From contig OX597823.1 in the NCBI GenBank assembly GCA_951406725.2, positions 26,060,001 through 26,308,000 on the forward strand: a stretch of 248,000 bases of DNA, read 5' to 3'. This document shows positions 100,800-115,642 of this stretch, in pieces (the first letter of the stretch is position 1; every line of letters starts with the position of its first letter). Source of the DNA: Octopus vulgaris (lineage: Eukaryota). A program made the position numbers and the translations under genes. The notes below the pieces were generated by a model. The model had not been told where the DNA came from. It did not search any database and was given only the letters and a program-made list of their open reading frames with translations.

Positions 100800-103250
100800 A
100801 AAGATTACAAACTTATTATTCCTTTGTTCTGATTCAGTTCTATACTGAATTATATTATACATTGAATTATCCTTTAATGATTAAATTTATGAAGCTAAAA
100901 AAGTTTGTTTGCTTCTGTTGTGGTTCTTGAAGGAATTAGTGTACAAATAAATTCTTGACTTAAATGGTTCTGAGGTCATACAAATATAAGCTTTTGTGTT
101001 GATATTGGTTCAACTAAATGTAAAAACATAATATCTTTGGCAATGCAGTTAGATTATATAGAGAAATTGCATAGGTTGGTGTTGTACTGGTTAATGGTTT
101101 TTGTTATGTGTGTTGGTTAATTCTAGAGGTGTTATGATATGCTAAATTACACTTAAATTTTGAAATAGTTGAATACAAAAGTTTGTTAGTATCTTTATTA
101201 AAGATCTGTTGATATTTGTAACTTAAGGGCAAACTGACAGAATTGTTAGCATATGGGGTGAAATGCTTAGTGTCATTTCATCTGTCTTCTCGTTCTGAGT
101301 TCAAATACTGCCAAGATCAACTATGCCGTTCATCCTTTTGGGGTTAATCAGTATCAATTAAGTACTGGGGGTCGATGTAGTTGACTTACCCCCTAGCCCA
101401 AAATTGCTGGCCTTGTGCCAAAATTTAAAATTGATATTTATAGTTTAAGGAGAAATATTTCTTTAGGAATTTAAAGTTTTGAGCCAAGAGTGTAATACTG
101501 AGCAGAGCTGAGTACAAGGTTATGCTTCTTTTCCTGCTTTTGTTTTTATTGGAGTTGGAGGTAGGGGTTACTGTGCAATAGATTTTATCCTTAAAGCCTC
101601 TTCTGGCTACGTCTTTATTGTAATATTTGGGATCATCATCATCATCATCATCGTTTAGCGTCCGTTTTCCATGCTAGCATGGGTTGGACGGTTCTACTGG
101701 GGTCTGTGAAGCCAGAAGGCTTCATCAGGCCCAGTCAAATCTGGCAGTGTTTCTACGGCTGGATGCTCTTCCTAACGCCAACCACTCCGTGAGTGTAGTG
101801 GGTGCTTTTTACGTGCCACTGGCACAGGTGCCAGACAGAGCTGGCAAACGGCCACGAACGGATGGTGCTTTTTATGTGCCACTGGCACGAGGGCCAGGCG
101901 AGGCTGGCAACGGACACGAAACGGGGCGGTGCTGGCAACGGTCGCGAAACGGAAGGTTCTCTTACATGCCACCGGCACTGGTAACACATCTGCAATTTCC
102001 ATTGATCGATTTCCATTCTGATCCTCACTTGCCTCAACGGGTCTTCACAAGTAGAGTTTCGACATGCCACCGGCACAGGTAACACACCTGCAATTTCCAT
102101 TGATCGATTTCGATTCTGATCCTCACTTGCCTCAACAGGTCTTGAAAAATATTTTCATTAGCTGTTTGGGATGTGATTGTTAATATGATGTCCACAAGCA
102201 GTTAGAATGTCTATGCTATAATATAGCATTTCATTAGGATTGTGGTATAAGAAATGAAAAGAACTGGGGAAATCCAGGGTAACATCCAGATAACTGACTT
102301 TTGTGGGATGAATTGCAATGATTGTTTGGAGTCTAAGTCTTTAAAGAAGTAGCAGAGATTGTTTCTGAATCTATCAGCGTGGGTTGACATTATTTAGAAT
102401 TTAAAGTACATCATCTCAATAAAGACTGTCAGGAAAGCAGGTTTTTATTTTATGCAGTATGTAGAGGACCCCACCAAGGTTGCTATTTTCAGTAGAGTCC
102501 AGGATACCCACACTAACATTGAAGGATTTGTTTGTTAAATTTCTAATTGATCCATAAGTTACTGTTTCATTTCACAACCAATTTTCAGGCATGTATAATA
102601 ATTACATTTTCTCTTTCTGTGATGTCGGCAATGGATTTAGCATAATTAATGGCATTAGTTAATATGAGTAGCACTCTGATGTGCAGCAGTCACAAATGTC
102701 AAACTGGAAAAGTTTGCATCCATTTTATTGGAAATTGCCTTAAAACCATTTAATTACTTCCACTTTAAAATTCCAAAGAAATAAAGGTGAAACCTCTCTT
102801 ACTTCAGGGATCACGTTATCAAGGACATGTTTATTGATCCAGCCTATATTGGTTTTTGTAGGGTTGATTAGTCTAATTGTTGGGTTGAGGCTGAGTTCTA
102901 TCTTATAAACTATACACATAAAGAAAAATCCTTTGGGTGAAAGGAGTTTGATGTGGTCATTGATTAGAAGTTCAGAAGTTATCTGCTCCTACCCCTCCAG
103001 TCATTAAGGAAGTTCCAATCATTTTTTTTTATTGTAGATACTACTAATGGAACTGAGGATAAATTTCTTGTATATCTTACAATGTATTTGACAATGATAT
103101 TTTAGTTTATTTAATTTGATGAAGAAATCATATAATTTTTTTTGCTTTGATAATTTCTGGCTTTATTTTGAGCCATTATTAAAAGCCTGGTGTATGTATC
103201 ATCAAGGCAAACTTGAAACTCCTTCTTCATTGTCTAAGGTTTCAGCTTCA
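100800..103250 (-). mobile_element. Decayed Penelope-like element (RT plus GIY-YIG), interrupted by a SINE A and an RTE tail
   Basis: Minus strand SLY*DDVL and VSYLDVTLD (RT) at 102.2-102.5 kb; endonuclease-like remnants at 100.9-101.2 kb. Confidence 0.55.
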
Positions 103251-103311
103251 TAGAGGAGAATGCTTTTTTACATATACTCTGAAGAAGACAAACCTTATTG
103301 ACCTAGAAATA

Positions 103312-104585
103312 TTAGGTTGTCAAGAAAGTTCTTGCCGTTTTTAACCTTTAAATTCAGATGCACATATCTTGGCTCAAACAAAACTTTATTAATTGAAATA
103401 AAACCATCAGAATCAACACACTTTTGCCAACACGAAACAAATTTATTTATGCCAGTAGCATAAAAATCCTGTGTTCTGGTGGCGATGAAGTTGTTGAAGG
103501 TGTGTTTGGCATCGTCTTGGTTTTTAAAGCATTTCTCATGCAGGAAGTTGTCAAGATGCTTGAAAAAGTGGTAGTCGGTAGACAAGAGGTCTGGTGAGTT
103601 TGGCAGATGAGATAGAGTTTTGTAGCCCAATTCGTTCAACTTCTGCAGGGTCAGTTGTGTGACGTGTGGTCAAACGTCGTGGAGAAGAATTGGTCCTTTT
103701 CTGTTGACCAATGCTGACTGTTGTTGTTGGAGTTTCTAATGCATTTCATCCATTTGGTGACAGTACTTCTCCACCGTAATGGTTTTGCCTGGATCCAAAA
103801 AGCTGTGATGGATGAAACTGGCTGCAGACCACCAAACAGTCACCATGACCTTCTTTTGGTGGAACTTTGGCTTCGGGAAGTGTTGTGGAGCTTCGTTGGC
103901 ATCCAACCACTGAGCAGAGCATTGCCAGTTGTTGTAAAGAATCCACTTTTCATCGCAAGTCACAATCTGGTCGAGAAATAGGTCGTTTTGTTGCGTAAAA
104001 GAAGAGAAGACAACTCTTCAAAACAGCATATTTTTTTTGGTGTTGTCATTCAATTCATGCAGTACCAATTTCTCAAGTATTTTTGTTTTTCCAATCTCTT
104101 TCAAGCAGTTGGAAATTGTCATCTAATTCAGAAGCAAGCTCTCAAACAGTTGTGTGTGGATTGGCTTTGACTAAGGCTCTTAGTTGATCGTTGTCAACAT
104201 CCGATGGCCAGCTACTACACTTATCATCTTCAAGACTCTCGTCACTGCTACAAAATTTCTTGAACCACCATTGTGCTGTACATTCATTAGTGGTTCCTGG
104301 GCCAAATGCATCGATGATATCGTGAGCTGTTTCAGCAGTTTTTCGATCTAGCTTAAACTGGAATAAGAAAATTGTGCAAATTTGCTTTTTGTCCATGTTG
104401 TATTCAACATTCTGGAAAAAATAGCCTAATTATTCAAAAAGAGAAAGAGTAACATGATTAGATAGAGTGAAAAATGGGCTTTAAAATTATATATAAAGTC
104501 AAAGTAATTTAATGAAAATTAATTTGAAAATACACCATTTAAAACCAAAATTAAAAATTCCACAAGAACTTTCTTGAAAACCTAA
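103312..104585 (-). mobile_element. Full-length mariner, pseudogenised
   Basis: TIRs ttaggtt.tcaagaaagttcttg flanked by TA; [25 protein letters not shown] and NSPDLLSTDYHFFKHL. Confidence 0.92.
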
Positions 104586-106353
104586 TATTTAACTGTTTTG
104601 ACCTTTATTGCAGGGATCCCAGGTTAGTACCTTTTGTATAAGGAAGTCTTTCTTCCTGTCAGTAACATAAGATCCAAGGTAATCCTTGAGTTGTGTGCCA
104701 TTGTTGGAACAAAATGGCAAGTGACTTTTATCCATGTCGATGGTTATGTACTCATTCTTCTTTCAACAGAGTTAGATTCACTTTGATTGCAGCATTCTCA
104801 AGATATGTTAACAAGACATCTGCATCACACACTTGATGAGATATGAGGGCAAGATCATCAGCATATATGATAGACCCTGTACAGTTCCGATCTGTCAAAT
104901 TTACTCACAAGATATCTGACAACCCAGAATCATAGTAGAAGACACTTCCCAGGGTGTGACACAGTGGGGTTGAACCCAAAATCCTATGGCTACAAAGTAA
105001 ATGATTTTAGTCACACAGCCACACCTGCACGTATATCAGGTTGGAATGAAAGTTCATATATAATCAAATATATCTTAGATATATTTGATCTTCCAGTGTT
105101 GTCTATAACATCATTCTGTCTTTTACTGGATTTATTAATGCCTTATTTGCAAAATTCCAGTGGTTCTGATGAGAAATAAGAAACCAACTCTTTTTCAATC
105201 TCTTCTCTTGATGTCAGTCTTAGTCCATCAAAATGGTTTTGTAAACTCCTAAGCAAATGAGGAAAGAGCAAGATTGGAAGAACAAGGCAGCTGCAGCATT
105301 TTTTCTCAGCCAGTTTCTCTAGAAGATGTTTGGTGACTTTGTAGTGTGAAGAAGAGCATTATCAAGGTAGAAGATTGTTCCCTTCGTGTGCACTAAAGAT
105401 GCATTTACAGTCCATGTTCCATGCTGGCATGAATTGGATGGTATGACACAATTCAATAGGTCCAAGGACTGCATTGGGCTCCAATGTCATCTTTGGCATG
105501 TGGTTTCCCTGGCTGGATGCCCTTCCTAATGCCAACCACTTTATGCCATGCACTGGGTGCTTTTATTCATGCCACTAGCACTACTGATGTTGCTATGCAG
105601 CTTGCAGAACTATGAACTCTGGGAAAGGTGGTCAGCTTCATGCTGGGGGTGGGGGTCAAGGGGTTAAAGTATGAGGTGGGAGCAAGGCAGGTTCTTGTAG
105701 AGGATCTTCATGGCAATTTACATTTTGCAGGGGAGGAGGAGAAAAAGAAAAGAAAAATGACCAGTAGGAACTGCAATGATCTGGCAGAAATGTTAGAATG
105801 CAGGGCGAAATGCTTAGCGATATTTCGTCTGCCATTACGTTCTGAGTTCAAATTCTGCTGAGGTCAACTTTGCCTTTCATCCTTTCAGGGTCGATAAATT
105901 AAGTATCAGTTATGCACTGGAGTCAATGTAATCGACTTAATCCTTTTGTCTGTCCTTGTTTGTCCCCTCCATGTTTAGCCCCTTGTGGGCAATAAAGAAA
106001 TAAGGAACTGCAACGAGATAGATAATGGCCATGAGGTGGTCAGCTGACACTTCAAGATATACAGTGAGTAGAAAAGGGTGCGTGGGTGGTTTGCAAGATT
106101 GTATGGGGAGCAGGAGATGAAGGGATGGGGAAGCAGACTAGAGCACTAGTTCATCAAATGAGATAAGACTAAAAAATCTTCATCAAATATTTATAGATTG
106201 CAAGACATACAAAATAGTTATCTTAAGTTCAATTTGTAGCATCTATTGGAAAAAAAGAATGATTAGAACATCCTTAGTATGTGTGTGTGTGTATTTATAA
106301 ATGAATGCATATGTGTGTATGTATGTTTGTGTGTATATATGTGTATGTATATA

Positions 106354-106411
<58 letters not shown>

Positions 106412-106769
106412 TACATACATACATATGCACACACATACTGATATAAATACATGTGATGTTTACATTGTTCTCACTCACTATCATCCTTGCCATTATTGTT
106501 GTTGTTGTTATCATAATCCCAACATTACTATCAACACCAGCATCACTCCTAAATCCGTTTCCTTCCTCCCTTCAGAGTCAAGTCCTGCTACTTTTACCAT
106601 TCTCAGCCGTGTCTGCCTCCATGAGCCTCACAGCATCTTATCAAGCATCAGGTGTTATTCATCCTCCGTTTATTAATCCATCTGCACCTCCACCACAATC
106701 ACCACACACCGTCTTCCTTAATACATTGTACTCGGCCATCCCCTCTTCCCTCTACATCAGCACCCTTAC

Positions 106770-107090
106770 CACTTGCATCATCATCATCAGCAGCATCTCC
106801 TCCTTGTCCTTATCCCCATTAAAACTCTCATGACCATCAAGATCAACACTGGTATCACTGCATCATCTTCATCACCACCACCACTGCAACCAATTGTTAT
106901 CATCATCATCACCATCATCACCACCACTCTTACCATCACCACAACCTTTACCTTCACCATCACTGCCACCATCACCACCATCATCATTACCACTATTACC
107001 ACCATCACCATCACCCTCATCACTAGCACTATCATCACCACCACCACCATCATCACCATCACCACCATCGTCATTGTCATCATGTGGCTT
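106770..107090. repeat. Degenerate (CAT/CAC)n microsatellite
   Basis: Read directly; explains the Thr/Ser/Met-rich ORFs. Confidence 0.9.
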
Positions 107091-110000
107091 CTATTAGGAA
107101 TTAAAATCTCACACCTTTAACTGAAGTATTTATATTATGTATTTAATATAATATAAAGTTTTAGTCACAACATTATCCTATTTAGTGAGTTTTGGTGAAT
107201 TGTTTACTAAGATTGTTGATTGTAGTTTAATTAATTGATTTTAGTAAATATATGTTGTTTAGGTCCGAGTTCAGCCTTTGATCAAACAGCAAAAGTCATG
107301 ACCAAATGTCCAGGACAGCATTATCCAATGTATTCTTCCCAGTTTTTTTTTTAAAAGAGAGAGGGAGATTTGGTTGCCATTTTTAGTCAGTCCAACAACT
107401 GCATTTGTTGTGGTGGTGAAGCTTCTAGATCAGTATTTGATCCAGGGGATCCAGAGACAAAAGTGTTCCACCTGTCTCCATCCCTATCTTTTTATGTCTA
107501 GAACTACATTGTCTATGTATCTTTAGATCTCAGTGTTATTTGAAAGAGATTTAATTGCTATTTTTAGCAGATCAAGCAACCTCTTGTTAGCTTTCAGTGA
107601 ATAGCTGTTTGTAAAATTATGCCAGATCAAGCAAACAACCAAGTGGATGACAGTTTATACCCTGTCATTGGCACTGGGCTGTGTCTGTGAGCAGGATGTT
107701 CGAAATCTCAAATGGTTAAGTTCACCAAGCTGAAAGCAGGTCTCACCAACAGAAGAAGATTAATTGACTGTTCTAAAAACTACATTAAGTACAATAGACA
107801 AATTAAACTCCTCTGGTTTCAGTTGTTTTAGACATGTGTACCCTTATTCTAATTGTCAGGTAGAATCAGCATGATACAGTGTGTGACAAAACTGTGTGTG
107901 TGTGTTATGGGGGACCTCTATTGTTCAATGATGAAGATTCAGCTCTTTAATTAACTGAATTACTTGCCCCTGATGTAACACGTAAGTGGCTGAGTATTCC
108001 AAAAGATACATACACCATTCATATAATCCTCAGATAGAATTAGTATGTAACAGTATATAACAAAGCTGTGTGGTGAGTGTGTATGTGTGGTGCGTGTGTA
108101 TGTGTGTGTATGTGTGTGTGCATGCGTGTGTGTGTGTAGACCTCTACCGTTCGATGGAGCAGATTCAGTTATTCAATTGACTGAATTACTTTCTCCTGAA
108201 CTAATATGTAAGAGAAGTTGAGTAGTCCTCATGTCCCAGTGTACCATTGAGTGAGACAAAATTGTGCCTTTGAATTGTATGTACAACACATCTGCCAGGC
108301 GTCTGAACAGAGTCCAGCTACCCAATTTCACTCATAAGCCTGGGGTTAACCCAAGAAAATTGTGAGACACTTGTTCAAGATGTCACACAATGGGATTGAA
108401 TCTGAGATCACATAATTTGGCGACAAACTTCTTAACCATTCAGCCATGATGCATCCACACTAAAACAACAATGTTATCAGGAGGACATTAATAGTGATTT
108501 GTTACCTAAGAGTTTTGAGTTCAACTCTTCTTGTGGATCTGAACAATTATCCTTTTTTGTTTTGTTTTTTAATACTTTTGATACTAACCAACCTGAGACC
108601 ACTCCAAGTCCTATTTTAAAGTGATCTAAACTAAAACCTTCCATCAAAATTTCTTATCAGCATATGTTCTAAACAACAGCTTAATAATGATAAAGCTATT
108701 TTACTAAATTATTCCTTTATTTTAAAAATTAACTGACACAAAAGCAGTTTATTTCAATAAAAATTTGGTAACAAAAGGGTTAATGTTTAATCAGAGAAAG
108801 AAAGGCTATGAAAAGTTAGCTAATGATATTTATCATTCAACAAATTTCATTAGATCTCATTTGTCAATAAGAATCATTGATTTTGTGTATACATATAAAT
108901 AAATTAAAGACAGAATCCTAACCGCCCCATCATCAGTACATTCTGGTAACAAGTCATAATAAATTAATGAAATGAAACAAAACTTTCACCATTGTGTAAT
109001 CTAGGATTTGTGAGATGATCTGGAACAGAAGATTAATGATTATTTTCCCTGGATTAATCAAAATTTATGAACCATTTTGTCTTTGTAATTTTATATTTTT
109101 ATTTCCCCTCTTTTCTTCCCTTCAAAATCCAAAAGGGCCACTGATAAGTCCTAGTTCTGGTTTGATTGTTGAAGTAGATTAGAAATAAATATTTGCTTGT
109201 ATAAGAAATCAGTTTATTGCATCTAACATACACAGATGATTAGCACCTAGGCTGAATAATTTAAAATAATGAGCCACAATGCAATATACTCATTGGATTT
109301 GAACCCACAAACTAGAAACTCATAGTCCTATGCCTTAACTTCTCAGACATTTCTCATTAACATTTGAAATGATCAGAAGTAAAAAAAGAGAGGGCTTAAT
109401 GTTTTAATCAAGAAACTCTCAGAAAAAACAAAACAAAAATGAACCAGTAAGCAGCAGCCCTATTTATAATGTATGTAATGGAACAAGTTATAAGCTGGAA
109501 TCAAAAGTCCTTTTCACAGTCACAAGACAGAGAAATATGTGAAAATATTTACCCACAGTGGCAGCTTAACCTAAAATATGAGTGAAAAACTGTCCATACC
109601 CATTGATTTAAAATGGTATAGATAAGCCAAAAATATATCTCAAAAGTTAGGCCATCTTTTCAGGGCCAGAAATAACTTCAGCTCTGAAAAGCTGCTAATC
109701 TTATACAAAGCATAAATGTGACCCACATTGAAAAAACTGCTCACATGCCAGGGATGGTGCTGTTAATTCATACAGAAACATTGTAGACTGCATCCATAAA
109801 GAGGCCATCTGGCTGATTGGCAAGTTACTAACACACTACAACCCTGTACACTGTCCTCACTCTGTCACTTCTATCATTACTACAATGCTTTTTGTTTTTT
109901 GGAACTAAAAGCTGTGCACTGTCCCAATACAAGGCACCCAGTTTATCTACTTCTCCTCTTAATATCTGTAATGTGTAGAAAAGGAGTCAATCAGGCAGAT

Positions 110001-110799
110001 ACTCAATAATTAGAAACAAGTAGAGTGTTATAGCTAAAACCAAATGGACAATTGTTACATATATTCTCTGTCCTTTCATGAAGTCTTGGGGTTGATTGGG
110101 CTTGTGCTTAACAATAAATTTTTACAACATTAAGTGGATGAGAAATAAATCTCCTGCTAGAGAGGATGACACTCAATTGCAGTTAACTTTACTGTGAAAA
110201 GGAAGTGCTACAAGTTGATAAATCACTTGTCCATATTACAATGTTATTGTTATTTATAATACAGCACCGTACCACCCTACACTACCCACTTACAGTAAGA
110301 TGGACTCACCTATTGATAGCTAAGTGTCTCAGTCAAAAGTACAATGCAGTAGAATATGTGTGGTTGTTGTTTTTGTTGTCATTATTGTTGCCATTGTTGT
110401 TGACCCATGTCAACACTGATTGAGTAGACCATTCCAACCATGACTATCTCTTGTTTTCAGGAATAGTGTAACTGAGGTTAAAGAGCAACAACATCATTAG
110501 TTATAAGTTATTGAAATTAATTTATTTTGAGACCATTTATTCATGAAAATAAAGAAAAACTCACAGGCCAAGTACTTTGATATAAGGAATTTCAGACTAG
110601 TTTTGGTTGATAAAAGACTCATCTCGCCCATAAGTACTACAGAAGAGTCAGACTAATATTTAGGATTGAACCCAACCCACAAGCTATTCCAGTTATAAAC
110701 AACAATCTCAACATAAACTTAGAAAAGTCATGGAACAACCAACAGTATTCACTCTAAAGCTTGTACCAATAAAATAATATACCTACTCTATACACGTGA

Positions 110800-113110
110800 C
110801 AGATAGGGTCTGATACAAATAGAAAACTATTACAAAATAACAATAGTAGGACGAGAGAAATACTTAAAAGCAAACATAGGGAATCTGATTAGTGTAATAT
110901 GGAAACAAAGAAAATACAAACATGTTTCTCTAGATATGAGGAAACAGTGAGGTATAAAGTGGAGACTAACTACACAGTAAAAAGATGTGGATAAGGACAA
111001 AACAATGGAAAATGTTTTTTAAAAAATTAAAAAAAATGAAAATACAAAATAAAAAAAAAAAATTCCAAAATATACTGAAGAAAAAACGAAGAGAAAACAT
111101 TGCATGGCAATATCTTGCAAGGCTAGACAGAAAAGCAGTAAACCAAAGTGAAAACCAATAATGGCTCAAAAGCTTTGGGCTAAAAGCAGAAACAGGAGAT
111201 CTGACTTTAGCTGTGCATAACCAATACATAGCTACAAACAAGTACAAAAATAAAATAATGCAGACTATGCAACCAGTACAATGAAACAGTTGCCAACATC
111301 ATTTCCAACAGTTCAGTTCTTGCCAAGTCCAATTATATTCACAAACATGATCAAGTTGGCAGCTATGTTGACTGAGCAATATGCTGAAACTTTGACATGA
111401 AAAAAAAAGATAACAAGCAGTATAAACATGTACCAAACACAGTAAATGATGACTAAGTCTAAATCACTTGAGACATCATACTTGTCCAAACTGATATGGA
111501 GATCAAAGAAACCTACCAGTTTTAATAATTAGAGCTTGGAATTAAAATGTCTGTACTCTAGACATCTTGATCCCTTCTGAACAAAACATTGATCTCCATC
111601 CACCCCACTCCTCAAAAAAGAAAAGAAGAAGAAGAAAAAAGAGGAAGCTTTTACAGTGTAAGGGTTGTGAAATTGTGATAAGCAGAATGTGGAGCAAAGT
111701 AAAAACAATAGCAACAGTAATTAGAACCCTGGGTATGATTTTAAAAAAAATCTAAACTAAAACATACATAAAAACCACACCGTGGCTCACACAGTCTAAA
111801 TGATATCACTGCTAGACATAGCTTATGTCCAGAACAAGACACTTTGAATTCATGAACTTAGCTTAGCATACAATAATACCACATACCTGGTATAGTATAT
111901 GAGTATATAGTATACAGTATATAGTGTACAGTATATATAGTATGATATAGTATACCATAACTACCACATAAAATAACATAATTCACACAACACATATCCT
112001 AGCAATCATAGAGAAACAATATAATACATAATTTACACAATCAACACCCAATAAAATAACAATAACATAACTGATATGCAATATATAACTTCAAAACCTC
112101 ACATTCTATACAGTTGTCTCTTATTAATATAATACAATTCACAGGGCCCATACACAACCACCACTTGACACTAAAACACATAATATCAATCATACAGTAT
112201 ATATGAAACACAACACCACCCAACAAACTAACACAACTCACATTACATATAATCTATGCAAGAGACAAAACAATAAATAACATCCGAAACAACAAAACAA
112301 ACATCATAACAAAGCAAAAGACCTGAAGACAATTCTATATTCACACACCTCAGAAATATGGAGGTGCACCTAGTGGTGCTGTAGTAACTTGCATAAAACT
112401 GATGCAAACGTGATAGTAATAATAATAATATTGCATATAACATAAAAACAACATGAAGCACAAATATACAAAAAATGTTAGAAAATATCTCTCTATCCTT
112501 AATGAAATCAATAACAGAAAAAATTATGCAAATGAAAAAAAGTGGAATAAGAGACAAATACTATAGAAATATAACATTACAAAACAAAAAAAAAACCGTA
112601 TCTGAAATCAAAGAACACCTGACACAACAGATTCTTCCTAAATTGCAAAGAATCTGTTAGGATGAAAAACAACAATGATTCTTTGAACAGAACAAACAGT
112701 TTGATTCCAACCCAAAATGATTTTATTAAGAATTTGGTAAAAAATAAAATATAAATCAAAGCAACACCAACAACAAGAGAAACAAAAATCCTAGAACAGA
112801 GCATCATGGGAAGTGAAAGGATTACTACAGACAAGGTGGTCGAAAACAATGAAGACAACATCTGAATAATCATGAGAGGCCAAAGAATCAAATGAAATAA
112901 CCCTGATACAATAAAACACTTTTGGTTAAAATATTTAACAGCAACAGTGAAGTATAATGAGATATTGATGAAGCTGGAGGCAACTCCTGACTGCTTCGCT
113001 GAGGAGAAAACTTCTTCGATCCTCAAAACTAAAGAAACAGAAAATTTTAAAGTCAACAGGCCCATAACTTGCTGTCTCACAACCCACAAAACCTTAACTT
113101 GTAATAATAT
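110800..113110 (+). mobile_element. Fragments of old R4/Dong-like LINEs
   Basis: NQWLKSFGLKAETGDL..AVHNQYIATN (compare HQWL..SGLK.ETEG..IAAQDQ) and RPITCCLTTHKTLT. Confidence 0.55.
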
Positions 113111-113160
113111 ATTCTTAAAACCAAAAAAAGATATCAAATGTAGAACTAGAACCCCTAAAT

Positions 113161-113438
113161 CAGTGGTTTCCAGACTTTTTGGGGCTGCCGCTCCCTTGAC
113201 ATCCAGGCCACATTCCCACCGCCCCCATCCCAACTAACCATCCTCTTTCTAAAGCAAATTCAAAGCAACTGTATTTCACAAATAAAACTTAACCTAATGA
113301 ACCCATCATTTGGTTGTTTTTACATGAATTGCCACCCCATTATAGCCCCAATTTTTACATGAATTGCTACCCCATGCCCCCTTGGAACTTTCTACCACCC
113401 CAGGGAGGCAACACTGCTGGCCACTTTGAAAACCACTG
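113161..113438. mobile_element. hAT MITE
   Basis: TIRs CAGTGGTTTCCAGA / TTTGAAAACCACTG; perfect TSD CCCTAAAT; body related to 31625-31935. Confidence 0.88.
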
Positions 113439-114360
113439 CCCTAAATGAAAGAATACATAACTTAGGGAAGAAAATGTTTATGAAAATAATCTAAAACTAG
113501 AAGCAAAGAATTATAATTGAGAAATCTTCTTAGGACCAATTAAAGGCTTCATCTAAAATAAAGCTTAAAACTAAAAGAGTAACAATAATAAAAAAGACAA
113601 ACCAGGTCATTGTAAACTTAATAAAAACAGATACAAACATCAATATCACAAGGATTAACCAAATAACGGATGTAGAACAGTATACACGCATTACAAAGTG
113701 AAAGTAGATACTCCATCAGATCCGTGGCCAGTAATAAAGTCACGGGAAAATGTTACAATTTTGGCAAGGAAAAAAGTCGCAATTAATTTATGGTGGCCGG
113801 TAATAAAGTCACACAAAAAAGTAACAATTTTTCTCTAGGAAAGAAAGTTAGGTAATCAAACTAAAATATTTAAGTCAGTCACAATTTATTAAAGTATCAT
113901 AAACAATTAAAGTAATAAAACAAAAAATATTTTAAATCAGTTATTAACTGACAATACATGACTTGTACATATTAACAACACTATTTATATATGATTGAGC
114001 AGCTTTTTAGCTAGTATATAGCTTTTAAGCAACTGACCCAGAATGGGAAGATCTGCAAACAGATCTCTGACTAGCTCTGGAGAATTTGTAGCAATTACTT
114101 CCTCCAGAGTCATATCCCAATGATGATCATATTCGTCGCAAAAAATAAAAAATAAAAAGTCACCGAAAACAATCGCAGTAATGAAAACATAGGAATTCCA
114201 AATTTCAGGATTGCACGTCCGGACTCGGCCCGGAATGTTTTTAATTTACTCACGGAGTCAGCCTGATTTCAAAGTGGCATGTTATGTTGGGCTAAGCCTT
114301 CTAGGAGTAAAGTTGAAAAGTGTGGCATTGACACATTTATTATATTATATTATTATAGTA

Positions 114361-114558
114361 CAGTGGTTCCCAAACTATGAGTCGCGACCCACAGATGGGT
114401 CGCAAACGGAATCTTAGTGGGTCGCAAAAAGTTATAAACTTACACATTAGCTTTGATTAACTGCTGTCTATCAAGATAGTTCAGTAGAGTTAAGTGGGTC
114501 GTCATAAACTGGTGTGATAAATAGTGGGTCGCGACTCTAAAAAGTTTGGGAACCACTG
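114361..114558. mobile_element. hAT MITE (198 bp, CpG-intact)
   Basis: Perfect 16-bp TIRs CAGTGGTTCCCAAACT; perfect TSD TTATAGTA. Confidence 0.92.
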
Positions 114559-115642
114559 TTATAGTACATTAAGGTGACAAGCTGACAGAATTGTTAGAAT
114601 GCCAGGCAAAAAGCTTAGTGATATTTCGCCTACTGTTAGGTTTTGAGTTCGTGTTACGCCGAGGTCGGCTTTGCCTTTCATCCTTTTGGGTCGATAAAAT
114701 TAGTACCATTTACGTACTGCAGTCGATGTATCGACTTAAACCTGCCCCCAAAATTTGAGGTCCTGTTCTTCCAGTAGAAAGGATTTATTAAAGTTGAAGA
114801 AGTGTGATACACTGACATTCACATTTATTATATCAGATATGTTTAATTTTAGGGAAACTTTATTTATATATTAGATATGTGTGTTTATACTCTATTACTC
114901 TTTTACTTGTTTCAGTCATGTGACTGTGGCCATGCTGGAGCACCGCCTTTAGTCGAACAAATCGACCCCAGGACTTATTCTTTGTAAGCCTAGTACTTAA
115001 TCTATCGGTCTCTTTTTGCCGAATCGCTAAGTTACGGGGACGTAAACACACAAATCGGTTGTCAAGCGATGTTGGGGGGACAGACACACACAAACACACA
115101 CATATACATATACATATATACGACGGGCTTCTTTCAGTTTCCGTCTACCAAATCCACTCACAATGTTGGCAACAGGAATTTCTCTCAAAGAGACATGGTT
115201 AAACAAAGTTGTACATCATCTCCCTCTTTCTCTCTCTTTTATTATTACTCCCACTGCCACCATCAACACTACTACTTTTAATAAAACATCAACTCTCCCT
115301 AAATTTCTTTTCTTTCTTTCTCTCTTTTTCTTTCTCTCTTTTTGTCTTCGCCACCACCCTCACCACCTCTATGCCTACTATTACTTTCACCCCATCCAGA
115401 GGAATAGTAGGAGAATCACTGAATAGTGAGAGAGGGGGTCTAAGTGTGACACACTGACACACAGAAATTAGTTCTCGCATTTATTATATTAGATGGCATT
115501 ACATGTGATTATTTTTCCGTGACTTTTTTTTTACATGAATTCATCAGATCTATTCACATAAGAATATCTAAATCCTGGCAAATAACTTAAAAACACACAG
115601 AAAATAAAGAAAATATCTCTTAATCCAGAAAGAAATCAAGGC

